The notes below the pieces were generated by a model, which was given only the letters and a program-made list of their open reading frames with translations, ran no database searches and had not been told where the DNA came from. A stretch of 64,000 nucleotides of DNA from an uncultured Pseudomonadota bacterium (GTDB lineage: Bacteria > Myxococcota_A > Polyangia > Fen-1088). Location: the NCBI GenBank assembly GCA_963847705.1, contig CAWKBC010000021.1, forward strand, positions 128,001-192,000. Reading direction: 5' to 3'. Position numbers and translations under genes: made by a program. Every line of letters begins with the position of its first letter. Position 1 is the stretch's first letter. Shown here in pieces: positions 9,652 through 19,869 of this stretch.

Positions 9652-11997
9652 ATGCCTCCCCGTGACGCGCTCCTCGTCTCGTCGCCGGCCGATACGGTCG
9701 GGCTGTCCAGCGACGAAGCCGGCCGCCGGTTGCGGGAGCTCGGGCCCAACTCCATGCCCGACGCTTCGGTCCACCCGATCCGCAGCGCGCTGGGCAAGTT
9801 CTGGGCACCTGTTCCCTGGATGCTCGAGCTCGTCATCGTCGTCGAGCTCGTTCTCCGGGACTATGTCGAGGCCGCGGTCATCGCGGTCCTCCTGATCTTC
9901 AATGCCGCCCTCAGCTTTCTTCAGCAGAGCCATGCCCAGGCCACGCTGACGGCCCTGAAGTCGCGGCTTGCGCTGACGGCGTCCGTCCATCGGGACGGCG
10001 TCTGGAAGATCGTGCCTGCAGCCAACCTGGTGGTCGGCGACGTCATCAAGCTGTCGCTCGGTGCGGTGGTCGCCGCGGACGTCCGCCTCCTGGAAGGTTC
10101 AGTCCTGATCGACCAGTCCATGCTCACCGGAGAATCCGTACCGATTGAAGGAAGTCCGGGCCTTCAGACGTACGCTGGGGCGCTCGTGCGGCGCGGCGAA
10201 GCGGTGGCCGAGGTCATCGCCACGGGGACCCGCACGAAATTCGGACGCACCGCCGAGCTGGTCCGCACCGCTCACGTCACGAGCACGCAGCAAAAGGTGG
10301 TGTTCCGGGTGGTCCGCAATCTCGCCATCTTCAACAGCGGCGTCATCGTCTTGCTGGCGTCATACGCGCTGCTCCACGCGATGCCGCTGCGGGAGCTGAT
10401 CCCCCTGCTCCTCACGGCCGTTCTCTCTTCGATCCCGGTGGCGCTGCCAGCGACCTTCACGCTCGCCGCCGCCATCGGCGCCAAGACGCTGGCCAAGCTG
10501 GGCGTCCTGCCAACCCGCCTCTCCGCCGTCGACGAAGCGGCGACGATGGACGTGCTTTGCGTCGACAAGACCGGGACCCTGACCCGGAACGCGCTGACGG
10601 TCACGGACGTTCGGATCCTGGACGGATCGAACGAGGCGCGCGTTCTGGGGTTGGCGGCTCTGGCCAGCTCCGAGGGCGGGCAGGATTCGGTGGACGCGGC
10701 GATCCGCTCCGCGGCCTCTCGCCAGAGTGCCGTCGATTTGCCGAAGCTGACCCGGTTCGTCCCGTTCGATCCGGCCAGCAAGAGGTCCGAGGCTGAGGCG
10801 ACGGGCATCGATGGCGCGCGATGGCGAATCGTCAAAGGGGCGTTCAGCGTCGTTCAGGACCTCGCGCTCCCCGATCCGAATGCGGCCGGCGTCGCCAGCG
10901 AGCTGGAAACGAAGGGATACCGGGTCCTGGCGCTCGCGGCGGGTCCGGAGAAGACGCTGCGTCTCGCCGGCCTCATCGCGCTCAGCGATCCTCCCCGCGC
11001 CGATTCGGCCGGCCTGATCACGCAGCTGCGGACCCTGGGCGTCCGTACCATCATGGTCACCGGTGATGCGCCGGTGACGGCCGGCATCGTCGCCCGGGCG
11101 GTCGGCCTGGAAGGAGCGGTCTGCCCCTCCGGGACGATTCCAGCGGGGGTGCGGCCGGACAGCTTCGCGGTCTTCGCCGGGGTTCTTCCGGAGGACAAGT
11201 ATCACCTGGTCCAGGAGCTTCAGAAAGGCGGTCACACCGTCGGGATGTGCGGCGACGGGGCCAACGACGCCCCGGCCCTCCGCCAGGCGCAGATGGGGAT
11301 CGCCGTCTCCACCGCCACGGACGTCGCCAAGTCCGCGGCTGGGATCGTCCTGACGGAGCCGGGGCTCGGTGGGATCGTCGCGTCGGTCAAGGAGGGCCGG
11401 ACCATCTTCCAGCGCATCCTGACCTACGTCCTCAAATCGGTGACGCACAAGTTCCTGGGGGCGCTCTTCCTGCTGGCCGGAATTCTCATGACCGGACACG
11501 CCGTCCTCACGCCCCTGTTGCTCGTGATCTCGATGATCACCGGCGACTTCCTGTCGATGCTGGCGACCACCGACAACGTGAGGATCTCCAAGGATCCCAG
11601 CCTCTGGAACGTCGGACATCTGACCGTCGGGGGGATCTGCCTCGGTGTCTGCGACCTGGCGTTCTGTACGGGCGTCCTGGCCGTCGGAAAGTATCGCCTG
11701 GGCTTTGACGTCGGGGAGCTGCAAACGTTGTCGATCGTGACGCTCATCTTCAGCGGGCAAGCGATCCTCTACACCGTGCGCGAGCGGCGTCATCTCTGGA
11801 GCTCGCGTCCGAGCACCTGGCTGATGGCTGCTTCGGTCACCGATCTGCTCGTCATCGGGATCCTCGCGACGCGTGGGATCCTCATGAAGCCGCTGCCCGT
11901 TGCCCTGGTGGGTCTCCTTCTCGCGCTGACCGTCGTCTTCTGTCTTCTCCTCGATCTGATCAAGGTCAGAGTCTTTCGCCGTCTGCAGATCGTGTGA
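9652..11997 (+). CDS. P-type ATPase, plasma-membrane proton-efflux (P3A) type
   Basis: TGES, IPVALP, DKTGTLT, KGA, DPPR, GDGANDAPAL; TM6 GDF; ~780 aa. Confidence 0.88.
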   Translation: MPPRDALLVSSPADTVGLSSDEAGRRLRELGPNSMPDASVHPIRSALGKFWAPVPWMLELVIVVELVLRDYVEAAVIAVLLIFNAALSFLQQSHAQATLTALKSRLALTASVHRDGVWKIVPAANLVVGDVIKLSLGAVVAADVRLLEGSVLIDQSMLTGESVPIEGSPGLQTYAGALVRRGEAVAEVIATGTRTKFGRTAELVRTAHVTSTQQKVVFRVVRNLAIFNSGVIVLLASYALLHAMPLRELIPLLLTAVLSSIPVALPATFTLAAAIGAKTLAKLGVLPTRLSAVDEAATMDVLCVDKTGTLTRNALTVTDVRILDGSNEARVLGLAALASSEGGQDSVDAAIRSAASRQSAVDLPKLTRFVPFDPASKRSEAEATGIDGARWRIVKGAFSVVQDLALPDPNAAGVASELETKGYRVLALAAGPEKTLRLAGLIALSDPPRADSAGLITQLRTLGVRTIMVTGDAPVTAGIVARAVGLEGAVCPSGTIPAGVRPDSFAVFAGVLPEDKYHLVQELQKGGHTVGMCGDGANDAPALRQAQMGIAVSTATDVAKSAAGIVLTEPGLGGIVASVKEGRTIFQRILTYVLKSVTHKFLGALFLLAGILMTGHAVLTPLLLVISMITGDFLSMLATTDNVRISKDPSLWNVGHLTVGGICLGVCDLAFCTGVLAVGKYRLGFDVGELQTLSIVTLIFSGQAILYTVRERRHLWSSRPSTWLMAASVTDLLVIGILATRGILMKPLPVALVGLLLALTVVFCLLLDLIKVRVFRRLQIV

Positions 11998-12102
11998 GGG
12001 GCGTCGACAAGAGGGGCAGGGCGGCTTCAGGCGCGACGTTGTCGGGCATCGTTCGCGGCGCTCAGGGATCGCCAAGATGTGACGAATCGTGAGAGGCGAC
12101 TC

Positions 12103-12630
12103 CTAGGCGGCCAAGTCACGAGCCTTGGGCGCCAGCGGCGTGAAGTGGGGAACCGGGTCGTGATGATGGCTCTTGCCGAGGAGAGCCGTCGCCTTCTTGA
12201 TGCACCATCGAATCGGCCTCACCCAGAGGCTGGGTGTGCCGCAGCTCTCGCAGCCAAAGAGCGGGCGCACGTCCGCCAGGATGGCATAGGCCACGTCGAG
12301 GACGAGCTGGAAGGGTCGAAACCCGAACAGGCTGATGGCAAAACACCAGGCGAACCATTGGGTCTCGTCAAGAGTCCGGAGCACCTCGGCGACGGCTTCC
12401 CCGCCGAGCTTCATCGAGCCGTCGGGCATCAAAAGGTGGATCGTGGCGTAGGCGTCCCAGATGTCGAGCTCCGGATTGAGCGCTCGCAGCGCCTCGGGAT
12501 CGTCGCCAATCGGCCGTTCGATGAGGCTCGTCTCGCCCGAGGGACTCTGGGCAGCCCTCTCGACCCAGCGGGCGATGTGGCGGCAGACGCCGCACTCGCC
12601 GTTGAACAGGAGGACGGGCTTGGCGGCTAT
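12103..12630 (-). CDS. DUF393/DCC1-like thiol-disulfide oxidoreductase (apparent ATA start)
   Basis: Open frame IAAKPVLLFNGECGVCRHIARWV..GGEAVAEVL continues into the listed 109-aa ORF; first codon ATA overlaps the thioredoxin stop. Confidence 0.75.
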   Translation of the reverse strand: MAAKPVLLFNGECGVCRHIARWVERAAQSPSGETSLIERPIGDDPEALRALNPELDIWDAYATIHLLMPDGSMKLGGEAVAEVLRTLDETQWFAWCFAISLFGFRPFQLVLDVAYAILADVRPLFGCESCGTPSLWVRPIRWCIKKATALLGKSHHHDPVPHFTPLAPKARDLAA

Positions 12631-13001
12631 GAGTCGAATGGCTGCGTCACCGCTGTGAGGACGCTCTCGAAATCGGGATGAGGGCCGTCGACGCGCCGAA
12701 TCTCCCGGCCGTTCAGAAACATGATCAAGGTGGGGGTGCCATTGATGCCGTAGCTCTCGGCGAGGCCCTCCTCGACGGCAATATTGACCCGGAAGATCCG
12801 CTCTTTGGCCCCGACGCGTGTCGCCACTTGCTGCAGGATCGGCTCCAGGGTGCGGCAGTGCGCGCAGCCGTAAGACATGAACTCGACAGCAATGGGACCT
12901 TCTCCCGCCAGGACCAGGGACGCGAAGGTATCGCCGGTGACGGTCTGTATCGCGTCACGACCGCGCGCAGGGGGAGAACTCGCTTCAGTCCTGTCGATCA
13001 T
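12627..13001 (-). CDS. Thioredoxin family protein
   Basis: VEFMSYGCAHC, YGINGTPTLIMF. Confidence 0.88.
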   Translation of the reverse strand: MIDRTEASSPPARGRDAIQTVTGDTFASLVLAGEGPIAVEFMSYGCAHCRTLEPILQQVATRVGAKERIFRVNIAVEEGLAESYGINGTPTLIMFLNGREIRRVDGPHPDFESVLTAVTQPFDS

Positions 13002-13135
13002 GCGTACCCCTGAGATAGGCACGATTTCGGTGGGCGAATCGGGGAAGGTCGATCTTTTCATGTCTAGGTTGGGACATGAGCACCCACGCCATGATGAGCG
13101 AAGGCCTGAACATCCTCCCAACGGGACGGCGGCAA

Positions 13136-13417
13136 ATGATGGCGAAGGTCAGTCGGCTGGTGGCATTCGGCGGCTTCCTTGCCATGCCGGCGAGCGGATA
13201 CGCCCAGTCGCCGCCCGGGCCGCCCCCCGACGAAGGCAGAGGGGATGTCGCGAAGGTGCATGTGGCCTGCGCGGCCGACGCCGATCGATTCTGCAAGGAC
13301 GCCAAGGCTGGGCATGGCCATGTCCGCGCATGCCTCAAGGCTCACGCGGCGGAGCTCTCCGACGGTTGCAAGGCTGCGCTCCAGGAAGCGCACGAGCACC
13401 GTCACCCGCACGGATGA
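13136..13417 (+). CDS. Secreted cysteine-rich repeat protein
   Basis: Signal peptide, then C..D..RFC..GHG.VRACL..H...LS.GC. Confidence 0.75.
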   Translation: MMAKVSRLVAFGGFLAMPASGYAQSPPGPPPDEGRGDVAKVHVACAADADRFCKDAKAGHGHVRACLKAHAAELSDGCKAALQEAHEHRHPHG

Positions 13418-13422
13418 TCGCC

Positions 13423-14205
13423 TCACTGGTTCTGGGCGGTTGACGGCGCGGCCGGATCCTGACGGTAGAACTGTTGGAGCTGAAGATAGAGCTCCGGGTA
13501 TTTCGAGCGCAGCTGGCGCGGCTTCTCGAAGAACGTCTCGGTCACCACGGCAAAGAACTCGGCCGGGCTGGTCGCCCCGTAGCGATCGATGAGCGTGCGA
13601 TGGTGGTGCTGGGTGTCGCGCACCAGCTGATCGAAGTCGTGGCCCAGCACCCGCGTCCAGGCGAGGTACATGGAGCGCTGGGGAAGGATCGGCGCGCCGT
13701 CTCCCACGCCGTCCTCTTGATCCAGCTGGTGGGCGAACTCGTGCAGCACGACGTTGTGTCCGTCGTGGATGTCCGAGGCGCCCGACAGCACGCTGTCCCA
13801 GGCCAGGACCACCACGTCGCGCGTCCACGATTCGCCCAGGCGGGCCTGCGGCGTCTCATCGGAGAGGCCATTCGCCGCCGGCCGGCCGCCCGGCACGAGA
13901 TAGGTCGACGGATAGACCAGGATGGAGACGAGGCGCGGGTAGTAGTCCGTCTGGCGGTGGAGGAGAAGCACGCAGGCCTGGGCGGCGATCGTGACGCGGA
14001 CCTCGTCGGTGATCGCCAGGCCGTCGCACCCCTCGAAGTGTTTCTCCGCCAGGAAGACCTGCACGTGTCCCAGAAGCTCCTGCCGATCCTCGAGCGGCAA
14101 GCCCGCCACATAGGGGACGTTCTTCTCCACGATCGCGCGCCAGGCCGCCGGAAAGACGCCGCGTCGGACGGCCTCCCGGCGCCGGCGTTTCAACCACCCG
14201 AACAT
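13423..14205 (-). CDS. mtfA: MtfA-family zinc peptidase (M90)
   Basis: IAAQAC, GESW, NVVLHEFAHQLD, YGATSPAEFFAVVTETFFE. Confidence 0.9.
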   Translation of the reverse strand: MFGWLKRRRREAVRRGVFPAAWRAIVEKNVPYVAGLPLEDRQELLGHVQVFLAEKHFEGCDGLAITDEVRVTIAAQACVLLLHRQTDYYPRLVSILVYPSTYLVPGGRPAANGLSDETPQARLGESWTRDVVVLAWDSVLSGASDIHDGHNVVLHEFAHQLDQEDGVGDGAPILPQRSMYLAWTRVLGHDFDQLVRDTQHHHRTLIDRYGATSPAEFFAVVTETFFEKPRQLRSKYPELYLQLQQFYRQDPAAPSTAQNQ

Positions 14206-14217
14206 GGCGGCGCGACG

Positions 14218-14610
14218 TTAGGGCGTGGTGCCGCGACGCGGAAGGGGGTCGTGAAAGTACTGACGGATGTGCGCGACCAGCTGGCGATCCGTGGGGTGGT
14301 CGGCCGTCTCCAGGCCGACGATCCGCGGCTCCAGCGCGGGATCGTGCTTCTGTGTGTAGCGGACGAAGCGAAGCTTGGTGACGGACGGTCCAACGACCAG
14401 AACCTGATCAGCTCCCGCCAGCGCGGCCGCGACGGCCTGGAAGAACCGGTGCTCGTCGTCCGGATGATTGTGGGTGCGCGTCTCCTGATCCTTCGGATGA
14501 CGATGCACGTGGTGGTTGGGCGAATGGACGGTGGCCTCGTCGAAGGTCGCGGCGTCGACGTGAAAGATCTTGGCCTCGTCCTGGTCCATCCACACCGCCA
14601 TCTGTCGCAT
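14218..14610 (-). CDS. Small eRF1/Pelota middle-domain-like protein ('translational machinery protein')
   Basis: AVWMD..EAKIF, His-rich loop, FF..VA..L..AD.VLVVGP..K, ETADHPTD.QLVA. Confidence 0.7.
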   Translation of the reverse strand: MRQMAVWMDQDEAKIFHVDAATFDEATVHSPNHHVHRHPKDQETRTHNHPDDEHRFFQAVAAALAGADQVLVVGPSVTKLRFVRYTQKHDPALEPRIVGLETADHPTDRQLVAHIRQYFHDPLPRRGTTP

Positions 14611-14763
14611 GAAAACGTTCTAGCACAAACGATTCACCTGGGAGCCGTCCGCGCCCGGCATTCCATGGGTGAAGGGACGGTTCGTGAGTGAAGGGGACGG
14701 TTCGTGGAAGAGCGACGAGATGGTGAAGGCCGTCGAGATGGGCAACGGCAGTCGAATGTCAGC

Positions 14764-14791
14764 CGACGTGCGGCGCCTGAGCCGCACGTCG
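14764..14791 (-). terminator. GC-rich hairpin downstream of groEL
   Basis: cgacgtgcggc-gcctga-gccgcacgtcg, 11-bp perfect stem 13 nt after the stop; no U-tract. Confidence 0.45.
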
Positions 14792-14804
14792 TCGACCCGC
14801 CCAG

Positions 14805-16448
<1,644 letters not shown>

Positions 16449-16480
16449 CTAGCTCCGTTCTTTCGTGTCGTGACTTGTTG

Positions 16481-16665
16481 ATCGCGTCGAGGGAGGGCGA
16501 GCTAGCTCGCCCGAGCTCATCGCGGGGGGGGCGGGACCCTTTGAGGGTCCCGAACTTGTCAATCGCGTCGAGGGAGGGCGAGCTAGCTCGCCCGAGCTCA
16601 TCGCGGGGGGCGCGGGACCCTTTGAGGGTCCCGAACTGGTCAATCGCGTCGAGGAGGGCGAGCTA
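16481..16665. repeat. 81-bp palindromic tandem repeat (2.3 copies) between groES and groEL
   Basis: Units start at 16481, 16562 and 16643; each full unit has the GGGCGAGCTAGCTCGCCC palindrome and a GGGACCCT-TTG-AGGGTCCC hairpin. Confidence 0.95.
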
Positions 16666-16950
16666 CTCAATCACTGCGAGGACGTCGTCCTCGCGGAGGA
16701 TCAGGTGGTCGGTTCCGTCAATCTTGATCTCGTTGCCGGAGTACTTGGCGAACAGCACCTTGTCGCCCGCCTTGACCTCCAGCTTGCGGAGCAATCCGTC
16801 CTCCTGGACCTTTCCGTTTCCGACGGCGACGACGCGCGCCTCCATCGGCTTCTCTTTGGCGCTGTCGGGGATGAAGAGCCCGCCGGTCGTCTTGTGCTGC
16901 TCTTCCGTCCGCGTGACGAGAAGCCGGTCATAGAGGGGTCTGAGTTTCAT
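16663..16950 (-). CDS. groES: Co-chaperonin GroES
   Basis: [36 protein letters not shown]. Confidence 0.99.
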   Translation of the reverse strand: MKLRPLYDRLLVTRTEEQHKTTGGLFIPDSAKEKPMEARVVAVGNGKVQEDGLLRKLEVKAGDKVLFAKYSGNEIKIDGTDHLILREDDVLAVIE

Positions 16951-17069
16951 TTCGGTTTTGTCCTTGCTTGGGTCGTGTTCGGAGACCGTCGCCCGTCGGG
17001 GAGAGCTCACCGGCGCGGCTCGTCGGCCACTCGGCCAGCCCGTACCACTGCGGCTGGTCGTCGCGGCAA

Positions 17070-17122
17070 GGAGATAAACACCGCCGGGCGACCGTCAAGC
17101 AGTTGGCCGGCGAGAGTGCCAG
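17070..17122 (-). promoter_or_regulatory. Degenerate CIRCE (HrcA) element overlapping the putative groESL -35
   Basis: Minus strand CTGGCACTC-N9-AACTGCTTG vs consensus TTAGCACTC-N9-GAGTGCTAA; TTGACG at 17098-17093. Confidence 0.5.
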
Positions 17123-17164
17123 AAAACCTGCTCATAGCGGTTTGATATCAGTCAGTTGAGAATC

Positions 17165-17596
17165 TTACGATTCCCCCGTCGGCCGGCCCCAGACCAGCCG
17201 CCCCTGCATGAAGACGGCGGCGACCATCTCCGGCTCCAGCGTCATGCGACGCCCGCGCTCGGGCGACAGCTGATGCTCGGCCAGGAGGTCGCGGAATCGG
17301 CGGAAGGTCAAGAAGCCGCCTTCGATGCCGTCGAAGCGCATCCCACCGAAGCCGACCCGCGCGGCGCCGGCGCCCTCGTCCGACGACACGATCTGATCCG
17401 TCGGGAGCGGCACGTGACGCCCATCGGCGAACCTCACGAAGGTCCCCGGCGGCCCGTTCTGGACGATTCGCAGGTTGGCCTTCAATCCGGATCGCTCGCC
17501 GGGTCGCTCGACGGGCGGATCCCTCTCGATCCGGCTTCCCCGAACGAACTCCACGATGCAGAAGGCGTCCATCTCGTTGTCGGGCGTTTGGGTCAT
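17165..17596 (-). CDS. Hypothetical protein
   Basis: ATGA overlap with the upstream nitroreductase; GC-typical codon usage. Confidence 0.6.
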   Translation of the reverse strand: MTQTPDNEMDAFCIVEFVRGSRIERDPPVERPGERSGLKANLRIVQNGPPGTFVRFADGRHVPLPTDQIVSSDEGAGAARVGFGGMRFDGIEGGFLTFRRFRDLLAEHQLSPERGRRMTLEPEMVAAVFMQGRLVWGRPTGES

Positions 17597-19293
17597 GAGA
17601 CGGGTCCGCCCCTTGCGAGGTGTTGGTAGGGAGGCACTGTTTGGAGCCGGACGTCGTCGACCGCTCCGCCCATCGTGAAGTGATAGAGGACCTGGAAGGC
17701 ATCGCCCGTGAACCCGAACGTTCGGTGGCTGAGGTCGTCGAAGAAGCAGCCGATGCCGGTGGCGCGGATGCCCGACGCCTCCGCCTCGAGGTAGAGCTGC
17801 TGTCCCACCAGGCCGGCCTCCCAGTGGAGCCGCCGGTAGAACCAGGAACCGAACGACTCAATCGGGGCGCGGTACTCCGCCAGCATCGCGGCGGCGAAGA
17901 CGCCGTCGGCCGCGATGGCCTGACCACAGCTCGTCTGCGCGGCCACGCGCCGTGCATCGCCGGCTTCGAGCAGGAAGAGCGGCAGCGACGGCGGCCGTCC
18001 TTCGACCGGCGTCCAGGCAAAGCCGGGCGCCATCGCTCCGCGCAGGATCTCCCGGCGGCCGGGCGCGCGGAGCAGGATGTAAAGGCCCGGCGGGAGTCCC
18101 TCGATCCGATGCACGAACAGCAGCAGATCGACCCGCGGGCGCCAGGGCAGCGTCGCGAACGGGATTTGACCCTGCCCAGGGAGGCTCTTGAGCAGGATCT
18201 GAAAGAACGCCTCGCGGGCGAGACCGGTGCGGGCGTCGAAGGCGACCGCGCTCCGCCGCCGGTGCAGGAGTGGGCGCAAGGGCAGCGGCGAATCGCCTTC
18301 GAGGAGCGCAGGGTTGTCCACCGTGCTGTGCTCCGAGCTCTGCTCCGAGCTCTTTTGCCAAAAGCTGGCCGCCGGCGGTTCGCGCTTTCGCGTCGCCTGG
18401 GAGACCTCCTCGATCACGGGCCAATCCTGACCGTGCGCCGGGCTGAGGCGGTTGGGGGCCCCATTCCAATCGGTCGGCCAGTGGGCGCCCGGCGGCAACG
18501 CGAGCGTGAACGAGCGCTGCTCGTCGACAGCCCAGGGCGCGCCCTGGGGGAAGAGCGCCAGCAGGCAATCGGCGTCCTCGGCCTCCGGTCCGCTCTGACC
18601 GTCCGTTCCCAGCAAGCGGGCCAGATCGCCGTCGGTGACGGCTTCGCAGAGGCGCGCCTCCCAGCCCAGCCCCGCGGCCGCGACGGTGACCGCGCCGATG
18701 GCGTGGCCGACGTCGTGGTGGCAGTAGCGAAAGGCCCGCTCGCCGTACTTCCAGGCCTCGCGCCAGTGGATCGAGGTCAGCCCCACCAGCACGCTTCCGG
18801 GCGGCAGCTGCCTGGCCAGCGCGGTCCAGGTCTCGTCTGGCAGCTCCGCTCGTCGCTCGAGCGCGTGCTCTCGCGGGGCGTAATGGAAGACGGCCGCTCT
18901 GTCATGCAGTCCTGCCGCGGGGCCCGCCACCAGGTAACCCTCGGTCGGATGGAGATTCCCGCTCGAGGGGTTGACCCGCAGCGGCCAGCGCTCTCCCCCC
19001 GCCTGTTTCCAGGCCGAGAGCGCCAGCGAATCGTGAAAAAGCTGGGAGAGCGAGCGCCGACCGAGCGGTTCGGGCGGGAGGCGTCCCGGGAAAAAAGCCG
19101 GCTCGTACCGGGGCTGCGTCCCCAAGGGCACGAGCTCCAGGTCGAGCAGCGGCGCCCCCACGAATCGCCGAAATGGATCGGGCTGCGTCGCCCAGTCCAT
19201 GTGGCCGAGCGCGCGGGCGTAGCGGCCGGGAGCGTGCTTGGTCCGCTCGTGATAGCCGAGCGTGGTGGCCAGGGACTCGGCAGCGCCACCCAT
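17593..19293 (-). CDS. SagB/ThcOx-like tandem nitroreductase-domain protein
   Basis: YHERTKH, LRVNPSSGNLHPTE, WKYGERAFRY, RRRSA, GIGCFFDD. Confidence 0.88.
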   Translation of the reverse strand: MGGAAESLATTLGYHERTKHAPGRYARALGHMDWATQPDPFRRFVGAPLLDLELVPLGTQPRYEPAFFPGRLPPEPLGRRSLSQLFHDSLALSAWKQAGGERWPLRVNPSSGNLHPTEGYLVAGPAAGLHDRAAVFHYAPREHALERRAELPDETWTALARQLPPGSVLVGLTSIHWREAWKYGERAFRYCHHDVGHAIGAVTVAAAGLGWEARLCEAVTDGDLARLLGTDGQSGPEAEDADCLLALFPQGAPWAVDEQRSFTLALPPGAHWPTDWNGAPNRLSPAHGQDWPVIEEVSQATRKREPPAASFWQKSSEQSSEHSTVDNPALLEGDSPLPLRPLLHRRRSAVAFDARTGLAREAFFQILLKSLPGQGQIPFATLPWRPRVDLLLFVHRIEGLPPGLYILLRAPGRREILRGAMAPGFAWTPVEGRPPSLPLFLLEAGDARRVAAQTSCGQAIAADGVFAAAMLAEYRAPIESFGSWFYRRLHWEAGLVGQQLYLEAEASGIRATGIGCFFDDLSHRTFGFTGDAFQVLYHFTMGGAVDDVRLQTVPPYQHLARGGPVS

Positions 19294-19301
19294 GGCGCCG
19301 C

Positions 19302-19643
19302 TCAGTAACGCGGCACGGAGCTGTCGACCAGCAGCGACCAGGCGTCGATGCCCCCGACGACGTTGCAGACGTTCGTGAATCCCTTGGCCACGAAATGCTG
19401 GCCCGCGGACTGGCTGCGGATCCCGTGGTGGCAGTGGAAGACCAGCGGCGTGTCGCGCGGGAGTTTCTCGATGTGCTCCACGCCCTGCGGGTCGAGATGC
19501 CGGGCGCCTTCAATCCTGGCGATGGTCCGTTCGCCGTCGGTGCGCACGTCCCAGAGCTCCAGCGCTTCGCCGGCGTCGAGCATCGACCTGAGCTCCTGGA
19601 CGGTGATCTGTCGGATGCGCGCAGGGACGGTCGTCGTCGTCAT
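19302..19643 (-). CDS. Rhodanese-like sulfurtransferase
   Basis: DVRT..E...ARIEGA, CHHGIRS, GGIDAWS..VD..VPRY. Confidence 0.9.
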   Translation of the reverse strand: MTTTTVPARIRQITVQELRSMLDAGEALELWDVRTDGERTIARIEGARHLDPQGVEHIEKLPRDTPLVFHCHHGIRSQSAGQHFVAKGFTNVCNVVGGIDAWSLLVDSSVPRY

Positions 19644-19701
19644 TGGCGCGGAACCTTAACCCGGCTTCGGGTTGACGGCGACCGGTCAATCTACCGGCCA
19701 C

Positions 19702-19861
19702 ATGAGCAAGAAACTGATCGCGGTCGTCGGGGCAACCGGCGCACAGGGTGGCGGCCTGGCCAAGGCGGCTCTCGGCGATCCCGGCGGCGAATTCGCGTCC
19801 GGGCGGTGACGCGCAAGCCGACGGGCGACGCGGCGCGGGCGCTGGCGGCGGCCGGCGCGCC
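19702..19861 (+). pseudogene. NmrA/HSCARG-family N-terminal fragment
   Basis: MSKKLIAVVGATGAQGGG, frameshift, then VRAVTRKPTGDAARALAAAGA; cut off at the MBOAT 3' end. Confidence 0.75.
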
Positions 19862-19869
19862 GTGGCGTT

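Noticed and set aside
16449-16670. 73-aa ORF between groES and groEL
   Set aside because: It is a translation of the palindromic repeat with no independent coding evidence
17593-19293. Azole RiPP cluster
   Set aside because: No YcaO cyclodehydratase or precursor peptide nearby
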